IMG/VR virus record: IMGVR_UViG_3300048606_000071
Location: 1 to 25,190 of that record
DNA from: a virus
Lineage: Duplodnaviria; Caudoviricetes
Direction: 5' to 3' (one strand)
DNA: 25,190 nt
Shown here one piece after another: positions 22,936 to 25,190 of the stretch. The position numbers were made by a program, and so were the translations under genes. A model generated the notes under the pieces. That model was not told the DNA's origin, searched no databases, and saw nothing but the letters and a program-made list of their open reading frames with translations. Each line of letters begins with the position of its first letter. The first letter of the stretch is position 1.

Positions 22936-24614
22936 TAAATTACTTGAATGCTCCAATCTCCTTCTGGATTAAAAATAACATCAGTCTGCAAGAGAAAGAT
23001 TGCGTTTATCATGCTCACGACCATATCTACTTTGCCACTAGATTTCTTTTTGTTTACATAAATGTTCCTATTATTGTCTTCAGTAATCTTAGAATTTTGA
23101 AAGTTAATCTCTAGTAAGGGATTGTCCAGATAAAAGAACTCTTGGCTCAGGATTTTTTCTTTTAAAAGCTTAGTGGCTGGGTGTAGCACACTAGAATGTT
23201 GCTTTACCTCTACTGTTTTATAGCCTAGTTTTTCTAGCTTCTGGGCAGTAGAAAGACAATTGTATCTATCATAGGCAATGCCCATAACAGTGACTCCATG
23301 CTTTTCTTCGATCTGGGCAATATATTCTTCTATCACGCCATAATCCACCGTCATGTCACCACAAGGAATGCATTTGCCAGTTTTAACGTAGTCATAGTAA
23401 TTAATCTTTTCGACTTTGTTCTTTTCGTCAATTCGATCTGTAGGAACAAAAGCAAAAGAATCGGCATATATGTTTAAGTCTTCTTCCGTTACCATGCTAT
23501 ACGAGCAGTTATCATTTGTAAGGGCTAAATCCAAACCAATCCAGACTTGCCTAGAATTCCAATCAAAGTTTTCTATTTTACATTTTCTAAGATCATCGAT
23601 GTGAATAAAAGACTCACCAGAATAAGAAGGCAGAAAGTGATTCATATGCTTGCACAAATACTCTTCTCTTTCCTTTACTTTCTCTATGGCCGTTTTTCTG
23701 TTATCTCGTATTTCTTCATAATTTTTTTCGATCCTTAGAGGATTTGCTTGGTACAATCCATGATCTTCCCATAGATATTTCTCTTCTGAGTAATAGAGCA
23801 AAGCAAAGATTCTTTCATCTTTTATAAAGCCACTGAACACTTTTCGGATATAGTCTAGTTCTTCTAGCATGATGCTTCTATCTTCTGCATAAGCAGTGGT
23901 CAATTTGAAGCGCAAAGGGTTTTTCACATTCAATTGCCCAGACTTCATTGCGTTTATATTTTCGTAGTCCACAAATGCCCCAATTTCATCTGCGATAAAT
24001 GCAGAACTACGAATGGAGTTATTGCGACTCGCTTCTGCGGTTCTCGCTTGGTAAAAACTTTTTGTCAATTTACAAACTATCTTCCCACTAAGAGTCTTAG
24101 GTATGGTAAAATATTTACTAACAGAAGGCGATGCTTCTATTATTTGAGAAATTGCTTTTTTCACTTCGCCCGCCAGCTCTCGATCTAAGCAAATAGAATA
24201 GAACTCGGAATAATCGTCTTCTGTTAACATTAATATAATCAAAACGCACGATGCCAAAAAAGTTTTTGAATTTTTTCTGGGTATGAACAAAATCACATCA
24301 CGATAACGATATTTGCTAGGGTCTTCTTTAAACCGCCAACCAAAGATATTGACGATAAAGAAACACTGAAAACCAACAAGCCCCTTTACTAGTGACTCAC
24401 CTATAATGCCAATCCCAGTGGCAAACCGCAACAAAGAAAAGATTCCTTCTATTATTTCGATTTCGTCTTCATCAAAATAAAAAAGGAAGTCTTCCTCATG
24501 TTGCTTTTCTAAATCTTGTAAGAACCATCTACATTGTATCTTGACTTCTGGTGTTGTGATTTCTTTTCCATCGACTACATCTTGAGCATACTGCATTGCC
24601 TTTTCTAAGATCAT
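22935..24614 (-). CDS. terL: Terminase large subunit (Terminase_1 type)
   Basis: Walker A IPRKNSKT, Walker B FIADE, TTA coupling motif, nuclease motifs GLDLA, YDRYN, KVD. Confidence 0.95.
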   Translation of the reverse strand: MILEKAMQYAQDVVDGKEITTPEVKIQCRWFLQDLEKQHEEDFLFYFDEDEIEIIEGIFSLLRFATGIGIIGESLVKGLVGFQCFFIVNIFGWRFKEDPSKYRYRDVILFIPRKNSKTFLASCVLIILMLTEDDYSEFYSICLDRELAGEVKKAISQIIEASPSVSKYFTIPKTLSGKIVCKLTKSFYQARTAEASRNNSIRSSAFIADEIGAFVDYENINAMKSGQLNVKNPLRFKLTTAYAEDRSIMLEELDYIRKVFSGFIKDERIFALLYYSEEKYLWEDHGLYQANPLRIEKNYEEIRDNRKTAIEKVKEREEYLCKHMNHFLPSYSGESFIHIDDLRKCKIENFDWNSRQVWIGLDLALTNDNCSYSMVTEEDLNIYADSFAFVPTDRIDEKNKVEKINYYDYVKTGKCIPCGDMTVDYGVIEEYIAQIEEKHGVTVMGIAYDRYNCLSTAQKLEKLGYKTVEVKQHSSVLHPATKLLKEKILSQEFFYLDNPLLEINFQNSKITEDNNRNIYVNKKKSSGKVDMVVSMINAIFLLQTDVIFNPEGDWSIQVI

Positions 24615-25099
24615 AATGAATCGTCACTGAATCGCTTTTTCTTTCCCCCATCTAGCAATTTTAATAAGGGGTCTGATTCATTTTGAACTGCTTGCAGATT
24701 TAAGTTTCCAATCTTGGCTCTTGATTGTGGCGATAGGCTTAACTCGGTACAGTATCTTATGAATTCCGAACTGTACTTTGTCTTGGCTGCCATTAACTCA
24801 CGATTCATAAGCAAGTCTGGGTCTTTGTTAATTCGCTTTTCAATTTCACGAATTCGATCAATCGCAATCGAAGCACTTTCCAGAATGTAAGTATCTACAT
24901 TGCCCAGAATGCGACTTTCTTTTAAATGATCTACGATGTATTTATAAATCTTCTTTTGAGAAGCACTCAGATATTTTGGGGCAAGTAGATTATCGTCCGT
25001 TCCTCTTAATTCATCTTCTTTTTCAATGCGAAACTTCGTTTCACCTACGGATTGACTATGGGGAGTTAATACTTTTGCGCTTTTACATGGTCTAGCCAT
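24611..25099 (-). CDS. terS: Terminase small subunit, P27-like
   Basis: MARP start (ATG 25099), APKYLS, LGNVD..IL, ELSLSPQSRAKI; ATGA overlap with terL. Confidence 0.88.
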   Translation of the reverse strand: MARPCKSAKVLTPHSQSVGETKFRIEKEDELRGTDDNLLAPKYLSASQKKIYKYIVDHLKESRILGNVDTYILESASIAIDRIREIEKRINKDPDLLMNRELMAAKTKYSSEFIRYCTELSLSPQSRAKIGNLNLQAVQNESDPLLKLLDGGKKKRFSDDSL

Positions 25100-25190
25100 T
25101 TTTTTCACTTCCTTTACTCTTATGACATGCCCACTTACTTTGGGTAATATTCATCGAACTTCGATTTCACTGATATTTTTTGTGCGCTTA

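Noticed and set aside
25120-25160. Sporulation sigma (SigF/SigG-like) promoter GAATA-N15-GGGCATGTCA upstream of terS
   Set aside because: The -10 match is partial, and such short motifs arise easily in AT-rich DNA; unsupported without TSS data.

Overview
AT-rich, Bacillaceae-like DNA (inferred from gene families and GGAGG-type RBSs) that reads as a compact temperate siphophage with a plasmid-type replicon, i.e. a probable phage-plasmid and possibly the near-complete genome. The minus strand from 25.1 to 5.6 kb carries an HK97-type late operon: P27-like small terminase, large terminase, portal, prohead protease, major capsid, head-tail genes, tail tube, frameshifting tail chaperones, tape measure, tail tip/RBP genes, holins and an amidase endolysin. 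The first 5.5 kb hold a RepA_N initiator with intragenic iterons, an XRE repressor, a ribbon-helix-helix protein and an orphan C5 DNA methyltransferase; I see no integrase and no ParA. Most unusual: (1) a GH25 muramidase fused in frame to the N-terminus of the tail-tube protein, with a second strong RBS+ATG that yields the plain tube subunit; (2) an intact intracellular-type subtilisin between portal and prohead protease; (3) five translationally coupled single-TM micro-ORFs ahead of the holins, three of them absent from the ORF track; (4) a complete antisense-RNA/RBS-switch architecture in the repA leader; (5) an RHH protein with 11-bp-phased repeat arrays that could be an ATPase-less segregation system. 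All family calls come from motif recognition by eye; no searches were run.
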